Origin: an uncultured Coprobacillus sp.
Lineage (GTDB): Bacteria; Bacillota_I; Bacilli_A; ML615J-28; CAG-698
Direction: 5' to 3'
Assembly (NCBI GenBank): GCA_964534245.1
Contig: CAZHQU010000002.1
Location: forward strand, 1-35,142
DNA length: 35,142 bases
Positions 27,134-35,142 of this stretch are shown here, piece by piece (positions within the stretch are counted from its first letter, which is position 1; every line of letters starts with the position of its first letter). A model generated the notes under the pieces. It did no database searches, was not told where the DNA came from, and worked only from the letters and a program-made list of their open reading frames with translations. Both the position numbers and the translations under genes were made by a program.

Positions 27134-30090
27134 AGAAAATTCTAGCGTTTTTACTAGTTCTTGCTTTAGGATTAGTTTTTGTTGGATGTGGAGATTCTGA
27201 TGTTAAACCTACAAAAATTGAAATCTCTGGTGCCAGTGAAGTTGTTGTTGAAGCAACAATTAAATTAGAGGCTGTTGTTTCTCCATCTGATGCAACTGAT
27301 AAGAGTGTTTCTTGGGAATCAAGTGACTCTGGTATCGCTACTGTATCAAATGGAACTGTTAAAGGTGTAAAAGAAGGTACTGTTACTATTACAGCTACTT
27401 GTAATGCTGATAAATCTGTAAAAGATGAAATTAAAGTTACTGTTAAAGCTAAAGAAGAACAAAAAGATGTTCTTCCTACTTCAATCAGTGTATCTGGTTC
27501 TACTGAAGTAGAAGTTGGTAAAGAAGTGGCTTTAACTGCTATAGTATTACCAGCTGATGCTACTAATAAAGGTGTTGTATGGTCAACAAATGATGCAACT
27601 GTTGCAACTGTTGCTAATGGAACTGTTAAGGGTGTTTCTGTAGGTGTTGCTACTATTACAGCTACATCTACAGCTGATGTAAATGTTAAGAGTGATTTCC
27701 AAATTACAGTTAAAGAAGCTAGTGATGAAACTAGTGCTCCATCTGTAACTTTATCGGGTGTTTACTATGTTATCATTGGTGAAACTGGAACATTAGATTT
27801 AACTTTTGATCCAGAAACATCTGCAAATGAACCTGTAGAATGGTCATCATCAAATGAATCAATTTTAACAGTAAGTGAGGGTATTGTTGAAGCTGTTGCT
27901 GAAGGTTCTGCAACTGTTACTGTAACTTTAGTTAACTTCCCAGAAGTTAAAGTTGAGAGAACTATTACTATTGTTTCTCCAGAAAAAGTTGCTCAATATA
28001 TTGAAGTTTCATTAGAAGATGAAGAAATTTATGATATTGATGTTTATAAACTAGTTAAAGCATATGAACCTGCAGATGCAAAATTATCTTTAACTTATAC
28101 ATCAAGTGATGAAACTATTGCTACTGTTGATAAAAGTGGTAATGTTACAACATTAAAAGAAGGTACTGTTACTATTACAGTTGTTGATACTATTTCTCAA
28201 TGTGAAACAACATTAGAAATTACTATTGTTGCTTCTCCAGAATTAACTGGATTAGAAATTAAAGGTAGAGAAATTAGTACTGAAGAAACATGCACATTAA
28301 ATGTTACTCCAGTTCCAGAACATGCTAATTATCAAGTTTCTTGGGAAGCTTTGACTCCTGAAATTGCTACAATTGATGAAACTGGTAAAGTTACTCCTGT
28401 TGCTGAAGGTGAAGCTAAATTCAAAGCTACTGATGTTACTGGTGTTGTAGGCGAATATACATTAACAATTACAAAACCATTCGTTCCTGGCCAAGGTCCT
28501 GATACAGTTGCTGCTGTATTTAATGGTGATAAAGAATTATACATTGGTTATCAATTAAGATTCTCTGTAGAAGTTACTCCATCAGGTGCTTCAACATCTG
28601 TTACATGGGAATTACATTCTAAGTCTGAAGGAATTGCTACTATTTCACCAGAAGGTGTATTAACTGGTGTTTCTGAAGGTACTGCACGTGTTAGAGCAGT
28701 AAGTACTGTTAATGGTAAAGAAAGTCCATGGGTTGCTATTAAGATTTCAAAAGAACCTGAATTACCTGCAATTCCTGACTTACAAGGTTATGAGATTTTA
28801 ATTATGAATGCTGACTCAGCATTAACTGATATTGACCCATTCTTAGATGGATATGTTAGTCCAGATAAAACTTACAAACAAAAAGCTTGGGAAGAAGTTC
28901 AAAACGAATACAATTGTAAGATTATCGTAAAAGCTTATCCAGTAGAAGCTCCATGGGGAACTGCTCGTGTTAACTGGATTATTGACAATGCTACAAACGG
29001 AACAAGTCAAACTGACTTTGGTGTAGTAGCTGGTCAATGGATTAACCAATTCGCTGGTGCAAATGCTGCAGTTGATACTACTAAATTCTTTGCAACATAT
29101 GGAAAAAACCAAATTGAACCTGCATTAAAAGAAGTTTCTTCAGCAAATGGTAAATACTATTGCGTATCAGTAGGTTTAAGTGGAACTCGTAACTATGTTA
29201 TTAAAGGTATGTTCTATAACTATGGTTTAGTTAAACAACTTGGATTAGAAAGTCCAGCAAAACTTTTCAATGAAGGTAAATGGACTTTATCTGGATTCGA
29301 ACAATGGGCGAAAGAAGCTCAAGCTAAATTACCTGAAAATAGTTATGTATTATCTGGTGGACCAAGTATTTATTGGTCAGGTATGGTTAATGCTGCTGGT
29401 GTTAAATTAGCTGATAAGACATCAATGCAATTAAATTTAACTCATCAATATTCTCTTGATGCAATTGAAACTTTAGAAGCATTAGTTTCTGCAGGTTGCT
29501 ATTCAATTAATGAAATTGGTTATGACCAAAGTAATGTTCCATTCAATGAACAACGTGCAATTTTTGCTCCAGGTGAATTCTGGTTCGTAAGAAATTCTGG
29601 TAGATGGCCTGTTGATCTATTTGGTAAAGGCACAACAGAATACGGTTATGTTCCATTTCCATATCCAGATAACATGGATAAAGAAGATACAAGAGTTAAC
29701 TTTGTTGGTGAATCAGTTATTATGATGATTGCTGGTAGACAATATCCTGCTGGCGTAGAAGCTGAAGGAATCTATCGTGCAGTTCAAGATATGTTTTTAA
29801 GAACTATTCAATATCAAAAATCTGACCCATTATATAATGAATATGAAACTAAAGCTACTTCACTAAAGAGTAGAATTGATGACCCAGAATCTGTTGATGC
29901 AGCAATTTTCTATGATGGATCTAAGACATTATTTGACCCATTATTTGATCAATCATTCCAATACAACTGGTCTGGTGAAACTACTACAGCAATTATTAAT
30001 TCTGTAAAAGGTGCTGATGCAATGGCAGAATTAGATGCTATTTACTCAGCAGTTGAAAATAAATTCATTGTTGCATACGGTTCTAAATAA
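27130..30090 (+). CDS. Lipoprotein: about 6 Big_2 (bacterial Ig-like) domains + C-terminal solute-binding-protein-like domain (986 aa)
   Basis: Lipobox LVFVG|C. Repeated Big_2-type units are present (e.g. SVSWESSDSGIATVSNGTVKGVKEGTVTITAT). The C-terminal ~440 aa has a binding-protein-like pattern (YNYGLVKQLGLESPAKLFNEGKWTLSGFEQWAKEAQAKL). Confidence 0.7.
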   Translation: MKKILAFLLVLALGLVFVGCGDSDVKPTKIEISGASEVVVEATIKLEAVVSPSDATDKSVSWESSDSGIATVSNGTVKGVKEGTVTITATCNADKSVKDEIKVTVKAKEEQKDVLPTSISVSGSTEVEVGKEVALTAIVLPADATNKGVVWSTNDATVATVANGTVKGVSVGVATITATSTADVNVKSDFQITVKEASDETSAPSVTLSGVYYVIIGETGTLDLTFDPETSANEPVEWSSSNESILTVSEGIVEAVAEGSATVTVTLVNFPEVKVERTITIVSPEKVAQYIEVSLEDEEIYDIDVYKLVKAYEPADAKLSLTYTSSDETIATVDKSGNVTTLKEGTVTITVVDTISQCETTLEITIVASPELTGLEIKGREISTEETCTLNVTPVPEHANYQVSWEALTPEIATIDETGKVTPVAEGEAKFKATDVTGVVGEYTLTITKPFVPGQGPDTVAAVFNGDKELYIGYQLRFSVEVTPSGASTSVTWELHSKSEGIATISPEGVLTGVSEGTARVRAVSTVNGKESPWVAIKISKEPELPAIPDLQGYEILIMNADSALTDIDPFLDGYVSPDKTYKQKAWEEVQNEYNCKIIVKAYPVEAPWGTARVNWIIDNATNGTSQTDFGVVAGQWINQFAGANAAVDTTKFFATYGKNQIEPALKEVSSANGKYYCVSVGLSGTRNYVIKGMFYNYGLVKQLGLESPAKLFNEGKWTLSGFEQWAKEAQAKLPENSYVLSGGPSIYWSGMVNAAGVKLADKTSMQLNLTHQYSLDAIETLEALVSAGCYSINEIGYDQSNVPFNEQRAIFAPGEFWFVRNSGRWPVDLFGKGTTEYGYVPFPYPDNMDKEDTRVNFVGESVIMMIAGRQYPAGVEAEGIYRAVQDMFLRTIQYQKSDPLYNEYETKATSLKSRIDDPESVDAAIFYDGSKTLFDPLFDQSFQYNWSGETTTAIINSVKGADAMAELDAIYSAVENKFIVAYGSK

Positions 30091-30102
30091 GATAGGAAAT
30101 AT

Positions 30103-30137
30103 TGCCCTTGTAATGCTTTTTACAAGGGCATTTATTT
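30103..30137 (+). terminator. Rho-independent terminator ending unit 3
   Basis: 11-bp perfect stem TGCCCTTGTAA / TTACAAGGGCA, 6-nt loop, tail TTTATTT. Confidence 0.85.
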
Positions 30138-30191
30138 ATAGATATAATATATAAAAACGCAGTTAACTATCATGATTTATTTGAAATAGTA

Positions 30192-30220
30192 TTGCAAAAA
30201 ATTATGAAATGTGTTAAAAT
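30192..30220 (+). promoter_or_regulatory. SigA-type promoter with extended -10
   Basis: TTGCAA (30192-30197), 17-nt spacer, TGt-TAAAAT (30212-30220). AGGAGG at 30271-30276 precedes ATG 30282. Confidence 0.6.
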
Positions 30221-30281
30221 ATAGACAAGATATGAAAAGGTTTTCTACTTTTTTCAATATCAAAATAATTAGGAGGAAAAC

Positions 30282-33200
30282 ATGAAAAAAATTCTAGCAT
30301 TTTTACTTGTTCTAGCTTTAGGATTAGTTTTTGTTGGATGTAGTGAAAAGAAACCTACTGAAGTCAAAATCTCTGGTGCTAATGAAGTTGAAGTTGGCGC
30401 TACTATTAAGTTAGAAGTTAATGTTTTACCAGAAGATGCTGTTGATAAGAGCGTTACTTGGGAATCAAGTGATCAAGCAACTGCTACAGTATCTAATGGG
30501 TCTGTTAAAGGTGTTAAGGAAGGAACTGTTACTATTACAGCTACTTCTAATGCTGATAGTTCTGTAAAAGGTCAAATCGAAATTACTGTTAAAGCTAAAG
30601 CTCACGTTCATAACTATGTAGATGGTAAATGTGAATGTGGTGCTGAAGAAGAAAAACATGAACATGTATTCGTAAAGGGTTCTTGTGCTTGTGGTGAAAA
30701 ACATGACTGCGTATATGTAGATGGTGTTTGCTCATGCGGTAAAGAAGAAGTTAAAGAACATGAACATATATTTGTAAATGGTTCTTGTGAATGTGGCGAA
30801 CCTCACGACTGTGAATATGTTGATGGTGTTTGCTCATGTGGTAAAGAAGAAGTTATCGAAGGTTTACCAACTTATTTACAAATCACTGGTCAAAAAACTA
30901 AGCATGCATTAGGTTCTGCTTTATCTTTAGACGTAGTTGTTTACCCTATTGATGCACTTTACACTGATGTTGTTTGGTCTGTTGATAACGAAGCTGTTGC
31001 AACAGTTGACCAATCTGGTGTTTTAACACCTGTTGCTACTGGTAAAGTTAAAGTTACTGTTACATCTGCTGCTACTGCAAAAGTTACAAGTTCAATCACT
31101 GTTGAAATCGTTGCTACTGCTGAAGAAGCTGACGTGTTAGTTGAAGGTTTAACTATTACTTCTGCAAAAGAAAGTTATTTATTACATGATGTTTTAAGTA
31201 CTCAATTAGAAAAAACATTTGAACCAGCTACTGTTTCAAATAAAACTGTTTATTGGGAATCATCTGATGAATCTGTAATTGGTATTTATGCTTCATCAAG
31301 AAATCCTTATATTGCTGGCGTTGGTACTGCTACATTAATTTGCTTCAGTGCTGCTAATCCAGAAGTATACTTTGAAATTGATGTTACTGTTGCTGATTAT
31401 GTTGCTCCAACATCATTTGTATTAACTGGTATAAGTGGAGCTGAATTATCTACTAAACCTATCACTGAAGGTCTAACTAGACAATTAACTGTTTCTGTTG
31501 AACCTGAAAATGGTGATCCAAGAGTTACATTCGTTTCTGATAATGAAGCTGTTGCTACAGTTGATGAAGATGGTAAGGTTACTGCTGTTGCTCCTGGTAC
31601 AGCTAATATTACTGTAACTTCTAATGCAAATCCTGAACTCGTAGTTGTTTATCCAGTTACTGTTGAGGAAAAACAAGATGAAATTTGGACAGTAGATTAT
31701 TTAACAGTTGACGGTGAAAAGAATATGTATGTTGGTTATAAATTAAAGATTTCTGCAAAAGTATATCCTGAAAACGTTTCTCAATCAGTTACATGGGAAG
31801 TTCATAGTGGTAGTAAAGAACTTGGTACAATTGATGAAACTGGTATAATCAATGCTATAGCTCCTGGTACATTCAGAGTAAGAGCTGTTTCTGTATTAAA
31901 CCCAAATAAGAAATCTAATTATTTCTCAATCGAAATTAAAGAAGAACCTGAACCATATGAAATTGGTGATATGAAAGGTTATGTAATTGTTATCATGAAT
32001 GCTGATTCAGCATTAACTGATAACGACCCATTCTTAGAAGGTTACAAACAACCTGACAAAGTTTATAAACAAAGAGCGTGGTCAGAAGTTGAAAATAATT
32101 ACAACTGTGATATTCAAGTTGTTAAATATCCAGATGACGCTCCATGGGGAACTGCTCGTATTAACTGGATTATTAACAATGCTACAAACGGAACAAGTCA
32201 ATGTGACTTAGGTATTGTTTCTACAAACTGGATTTACCAATTTGCTAACGCAAATGCTGCTCTTGACGTATCTGATATGTATGGTAGATATGGTCTATCT
32301 CAAATGGAACCTGCATTAAAAGCTGCTGGTAGCTATAGAGGTAAATTATATGTTGCATCAACTGGTATTTCTTCAACAGCTACATTCGTAGACTTAGGTT
32401 TATATTACAACTATGGTTGGTTAAAAGAATTAGGAGTTGAAAATCCAGCTAAGATGTTTAATGAAGGTAAGTGGACTTACACTAACTTCAAACAATGGGT
32501 ATTAGAAACTCAAGCTAAATTAGGTGAAAATGAATATGTACTTGGTGGAGCTCCATATTATTATTGGTATGGTATGACAAATGCTGCTGGTCAAGTTATT
32601 GCTAACACTGAAAGTTCTAAAGTTAATATTTTAACATCTAAATCAAAAGAAGCTACAAGCTTAATTTGGAGCTTAGTTGAAGCTGGTGCTGTTAATACTA
32701 ATATTACATGGGCAGAATCAGATGACGTTGCTAACTCATTCTTCAGATCAGACGGTGGTGGTACATTAATGACTTCTGGTTACTTATGGTTCGTAAGAAA
32801 CTCTGGTAGATGGACTGATAAGATGTGGGGTGAAGGTACAACTGAATTCGGTTATGTTCCATTCCCATATCCAGATGATGTAGCTAAAGAAGACACTAGA
32901 ATTGGTGTATCTGGCTTATCTGCATATATGTACGTTGCAGGTAGAAGTTATCCAGCTGAATTAGGTGCTAATGGTTACGAAAAAGTATGGGCTGTTATGA
33001 ATGAAATGTTCTTAAATACTATTAAGTATCAAGAAGCTGACCCAACATTCAATGCTGAAAATATTATTGAAACAAGTTTAAAGAGCCGTATCGATGACCC
33101 AGAATCAATCGAAGCTATTATGTTCTATAATGCTAAACGTGTATTTTACGATCCAGCACATGCATTATATGGTTCTACATCTGCAACTCCATTAAAAGCT

Positions 33201-33305
33201 CCTGCAAACAATGCTATGTTTAAAGGTTCTGATTATGAAGAAGAATTCGCTGCAGTATATGAAACTTATGAAACAGACTTCTTAAGGATTTACTCTGCTT
33301 CTTAA
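30282..33305 (+). CDS. Paralogous lipoprotein: Big_2 domains + inserted His/Cys-rich repeat + C-terminal solute-binding-protein-like domain (1007 aa)
   Basis: The first 20 residues (MKKILAFLLVLALGLVFVGC) are identical to those of the 27130 gene. The first Big_2 domain is highly similar, and the C-terminal domain is roughly half identical by eye (e.g. APWGTAR(V/I)NWII(D/N)NATNGTSQ, LWFVRNSGRW, YGYVPFPYPD). Confidence 0.7.
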   Translation: MKKILAFLLVLALGLVFVGCSEKKPTEVKISGANEVEVGATIKLEVNVLPEDAVDKSVTWESSDQATATVSNGSVKGVKEGTVTITATSNADSSVKGQIEITVKAKAHVHNYVDGKCECGAEEEKHEHVFVKGSCACGEKHDCVYVDGVCSCGKEEVKEHEHIFVNGSCECGEPHDCEYVDGVCSCGKEEVIEGLPTYLQITGQKTKHALGSALSLDVVVYPIDALYTDVVWSVDNEAVATVDQSGVLTPVATGKVKVTVTSAATAKVTSSITVEIVATAEEADVLVEGLTITSAKESYLLHDVLSTQLEKTFEPATVSNKTVYWESSDESVIGIYASSRNPYIAGVGTATLICFSAANPEVYFEIDVTVADYVAPTSFVLTGISGAELSTKPITEGLTRQLTVSVEPENGDPRVTFVSDNEAVATVDEDGKVTAVAPGTANITVTSNANPELVVVYPVTVEEKQDEIWTVDYLTVDGEKNMYVGYKLKISAKVYPENVSQSVTWEVHSGSKELGTIDETGIINAIAPGTFRVRAVSVLNPNKKSNYFSIEIKEEPEPYEIGDMKGYVIVIMNADSALTDNDPFLEGYKQPDKVYKQRAWSEVENNYNCDIQVVKYPDDAPWGTARINWIINNATNGTSQCDLGIVSTNWIYQFANANAALDVSDMYGRYGLSQMEPALKAAGSYRGKLYVASTGISSTATFVDLGLYYNYGWLKELGVENPAKMFNEGKWTYTNFKQWVLETQAKLGENEYVLGGAPYYYWYGMTNAAGQVIANTESSKVNILTSKSKEATSLIWSLVEAGAVNTNITWAESDDVANSFFRSDGGGTLMTSGYLWFVRNSGRWTDKMWGEGTTEFGYVPFPYPDDVAKEDTRIGVSGLSAYMYVAGRSYPAELGANGYEKVWAVMNEMFLNTIKYQEADPTFNAENIIETSLKSRIDDPESIEAIMFYNAKRVFYDPAHALYGSTSATPLKAPANNAMFKGSDYEEEFAAVYETYETDFLRIYSAS
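30657..30860 (+). repeat. Tandem 102-bp (34-aa) in-frame duplication inside the 30282 gene
   Basis: The units 30657-30758 and 30759-30860 differ at about 16 of 102 nt by my count. They encode HEHVFVKGSCACGEKHDCVYVDGVCSCGKEEVKE and HEHIFVNGSCECGEPHDCEYVDGVCSCGKEEVIE. Confidence 0.85.
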
Positions 33306-33342
33306 GATAATTAAATAATTAACTCTATGATTTTCCATAGAG

Positions 33343-33360
33343 TCAGAGTGTTGACAAATT
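33343..33360 (+). repeat. IS left terminal inverted repeat
   Basis: See the mobile element entry. With a short indel, similarity continues inward through GTCAGCA and a T-run. Confidence 0.7.
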
Positions 33361-33385
33361 AATTTTTGTCAGCACTTTATTTTTT
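33347..33385 (+). terminator. Hairpin + T-run that probably terminates the 30282 transcript; it lies inside the left end of the IS element
   Basis: Stem AGTGTTGACAAA / TTTGTCAGCACT (one G-T pair), 6-nt loop, tail TTATTTTTT. An upstream hairpin at 33322-33343 lacks a T-run. Confidence 0.55.
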
Positions 33386-33463
33386 ATATTATTAAAATGT
33401 AATGAAAATATACAACTATTTTAGCTATTTATTACTAAAAAATAAAAAACTAGAGAATTATCT

Positions 33464-34868
33464 CTACATATCACATATCTTTGTTTTGTTTATAGCCCTT
33501 TTACTTAGTAATAGGGCTACTTTTTTGATGTTAAGGCATGCGTAAAGAAGACATTGTAAATGTCTGTTTTTTTTAAGTCCTTTAAATCTAGTATATCTAA
33601 GACCATGTTTTTCTTTTCCGTCAGCAAAGACTCTCTCTATTGTTTCTTTTCTTAAACTATAGATTTCTTTACCTTCATCTGATAGTCTATTATTTTTACA
33701 AACATCAACACAATCTTGAAACATATGTCTTCTAATAGTTTTTCTTTTATAACTTTTTAAACATTCTTTTTTAAAAGGACAATTATTGCAATTATGTGGT
33801 TCAATTATATATTCAACATAACCATCTTTTGTTACGTTGTTTTTATGTAATAGATTACCATTTGGACATAGATAACTCTCACACTCTAAAATATAACTAA
33901 ACTTATTATTAAATAAATCTTTTCCACCTTTTGGTCTAGCATACGGAACTAATAGATTTACATTATTATCCATCATACATTTAGCATTAAAGGCATTATT
34001 ATATCCCGCATCACAGCATACCACATATGGATTATATTTTGATAAGTATTTTTCATAAAAAGGTAAGAAAGCTTTAGAATCATGCATATTACCACTATTT
34101 TCATCAAAACCTAAAATATATCCATTATGATCACATGCTACTTGATCGACATAAGCAAAAACTCTTTCGTGCTCTCCTTTTACAAACATTCTACTATCAG
34201 GATCAACTTTACTAACATTTATATCTTTTGTTTCTTTTATGTCTTTTACTTCGCCAGTTTCTTTATCAATATCAATATTTTCATCATCATCTTTACGACC
34301 GATTTCTTTTCTATATGCTTTTATTTCTTTTTGAATTTCTTTTTCAAATTTAGTAAATTCAACATTAACAGCTTTTTTAATAAATTTCTTTTTATTAGCA
34401 TTAGCTTTTATATGTGTTCCATCAACAAATATAATAGATGTATCAATTAAGTTATTATCAATTAAAGCTTCAAGGATAGTATTAAATATTTTATCGAATA
34501 CATCAGATGATTCGTATCTACGAGAATAGTTTTTACTAAAAGTAGAATAACTAGGTACTGTTCCAGTTAAAGATAGGTTTAAAAACCAACGATAAGCCAT
34601 ATTAACTTTAGTATCTTCTAAAGTTGCTCTAATACTATTCTTTCCTGTTAAGAAACTAAGTATAACAATTTTAAAAAACGTAACCGTATCAAGACAATTC
34701 CTACCAGCAGTATGACTATATAGGTCTTTTGTTAAGTCGTGAATAAATTCAAAACTAACTGCATTTTCAATTTTTCTTAAAATATGATCTTGAGGAACTA
34801 ATTGTTCTAAACATACAAATTCAAGTTGTTTTTTTTATAATGAAGTTGAGATTTTTACTTTTTCTCAA
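33464..34868 (-). pseudogene. IS1182-family DDE transposase, reading frame interrupted at an A8 tract near the 5' end
   Basis: The 378-aa ORF has AYRWFLNL, FVDGTHIKANAN, VVCCDAGYNN and ERVFADGKEKHGLRYTRFKGLKK. The same frame stays open upstream to 34834 and encodes the conserved N-terminus KKQLEFVCLEQLVPQDHILRKI, but it has no start codon. A short TTG-initiated ORF (34868-34821, MRKSKNLNFIIKKTT*) lies in another frame. The two frames meet at T8 on the + strand, 34829-34836. Confidence 0.7.
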
Positions 34869-34890
34869 TCATAAAAAAGACTGCTGACCA

Positions 34891-34908
34891 AATTTGTCAA
34901 CAGTCTGA
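34891..34908 (-). repeat. IS right terminal inverted repeat
   Basis: Its reverse complement matches 33343-33360 at 17 of 18 positions. Confidence 0.7.
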
Positions 34909-34962
34909 GGGGATGTAAAAAAATAAAATAATTTTTATCTTACATCAACCCTAATAACATTA

Positions 34963-34990
34963 AAGAGGAGCAAATCGCTCCTCTTATTTC
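34963..34990. terminator. GC-containing hairpin, possibly a terminator for a gene outside the window
   Basis: Stem AAGAGGAGC / GCTCCTCTT with a 5-nt loop. The flanks are T-rich on both strands and no ORF in the window is associated with it. Confidence 0.35.
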
Positions 34991-35142
34991 ATTATATCAC
35001 CCTTATATTATATTTACTTGCTTTTCCTCCTAAAAAAGTGTGTACAAAAAATCGTAAAATAGACATTTTTAAAATTTTAGATTAGGCTTCTTTTTTTCTT
35101 ATTATGCAGTTTATAAAAGTTAAAACCTAATGCTATTATATA

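Larger units (their letters stand above)
33343..34908 (-). mobile_element. IS1182-family-like insertion sequence (about 1566 bp)
   Basis: Terminal inverted repeats TCAGAGTGTTGACAAATT (33343-33360) and the reverse complement of 34891-34908, TCAGACTGTTGACAAATT, match at 17 of 18 positions. They enclose a DDE transposase gene. I could not identify a target-site duplication. Confidence 0.75.

Noticed and set aside
4852-31676. Remaining short nested ORFs from the track (4852-5073, 5706-5927, 6166-6363, 11033-11245, 13230-13415, 15511-15732, 19266-19535, 19698-19892, 21379-21591, 21630-21842, 24815-25042, 28332-28544, 28843-29112, 30465-30704, 31485-31676)
   Set aside because: All lie inside longer, motif-supported genes in alternative frames or on the opposite strand. 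None has an RBS or a recognisable domain.
33322-33343. Hairpin ACTCTATG/CATAGAGT directly after the 30282 gene, considered as its native terminator
   Set aside because: It has no T-run and abuts the IS end. It may be the remnant of a terminator disrupted by the insertion, but this cannot be shown without an empty-site sequence. The IS-internal hairpin with a T-run is the better functional candidate.
34127-34450. 107-aa plus-strand ORF inside the IS element
   Set aside because: It is antisense to the transposase. The product is an extreme Phe/Ile/Asn low-complexity translation of AT-rich DNA and is not a plausible protein.
34829-34836. Programmed ribosomal frameshifting as the explanation for the split transposase
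   Set aside because: The known IS frameshift sites (IS1 and IS3 types) are -1 shifts on A6G/A7-type motifs with a downstream structure. Here a +1 shift is required and I recall no precedent in this family. A mutation or a homopolymer error is more parsimonious.
34911-35142. The terminal 230 bp contain an AGGAGG on the minus strand (about 35026-35031), a two-codon ATG-AAA-TAA mini-ORF and promoter-like TATAAT strings
   Set aside because: No ORF of meaningful length follows the RBS-like sequence. TATAAT-like hexamers are frequent in this composition, and the window edge prevents interpretation.
1-35142. Mollicute genetic code 4, considered because of the composition and lipoprotein style; also CRISPR arrays, tRNA/rRNA genes, defence systems, toxin-antitoxin pairs and biosynthetic clusters
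   Set aside because: TGA clearly terminates genes (e.g. 27131-27133) and Trp is encoded by TGG, so the code is standard. I saw no spaced direct repeats, no cloverleaf-capable GC-rich segments and no nuclease, ATPase or defence-like or biosynthetic domains.

Overview
AT-rich window (roughly 30% G+C by eye) using the standard genetic code: TGA is a stop (e.g. 27131-27133) and Trp is TGG. It looks like a low-GC Firmicutes, Erysipelotrichia or Acholeplasma-type genome, but the taxon cannot be fixed from the window. All 21 real genes from 52 to 33305 are on the + strand and tightly packed; many have overlapping or near-abutting stop and start codons. I read four transcription units. (1) 52-7905 encodes cytoplasmic peptidoglycan-fragment (muropeptide) catabolism: a LysA::M19-dipeptidase fusion, a beta-lactamase-fold AmiE-like hydrolase, a tandem GNAT, LD-carboxypeptidase, a GHL10 (DigH/YddW-like) hydrolase and an AKR-ferredoxin fusion. 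(2) A promoter at 8110 drives 8178-23726: a GH20-like hexosaminidase followed by an atypical sugar-ABC cassette. The cassette has a 1102-aa membrane-anchored binding protein, a permease pair, an NHL-type propeller, a Yip1-like membrane protein, a 1190-aa orphan exoprotein and a second permease pair. (3) 23787-30090 encodes NagZ, NagB, a second tandem GNAT and a 986-aa Big_2 + binding-protein lipoprotein. (4) 30282-33305 is a paralogous 1007-aa lipoprotein with its own promoter and an inserted His/Cys-rich repeat. The window ends with an IS1182-like element on the minus strand (33343-34908) whose transposase is interrupted at an A8 tract. I found no rRNA, tRNA, CRISPR, ABC ATPase, regulator, sugar kinase, NagA or MurQ. 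The best candidate for something undescribed is the 10078-23726 cassette, together with the LysA::dipeptidase fusion and the paired Big_2-binding-protein lipoproteins. All family assignments come from motifs read by eye; no database search was possible.
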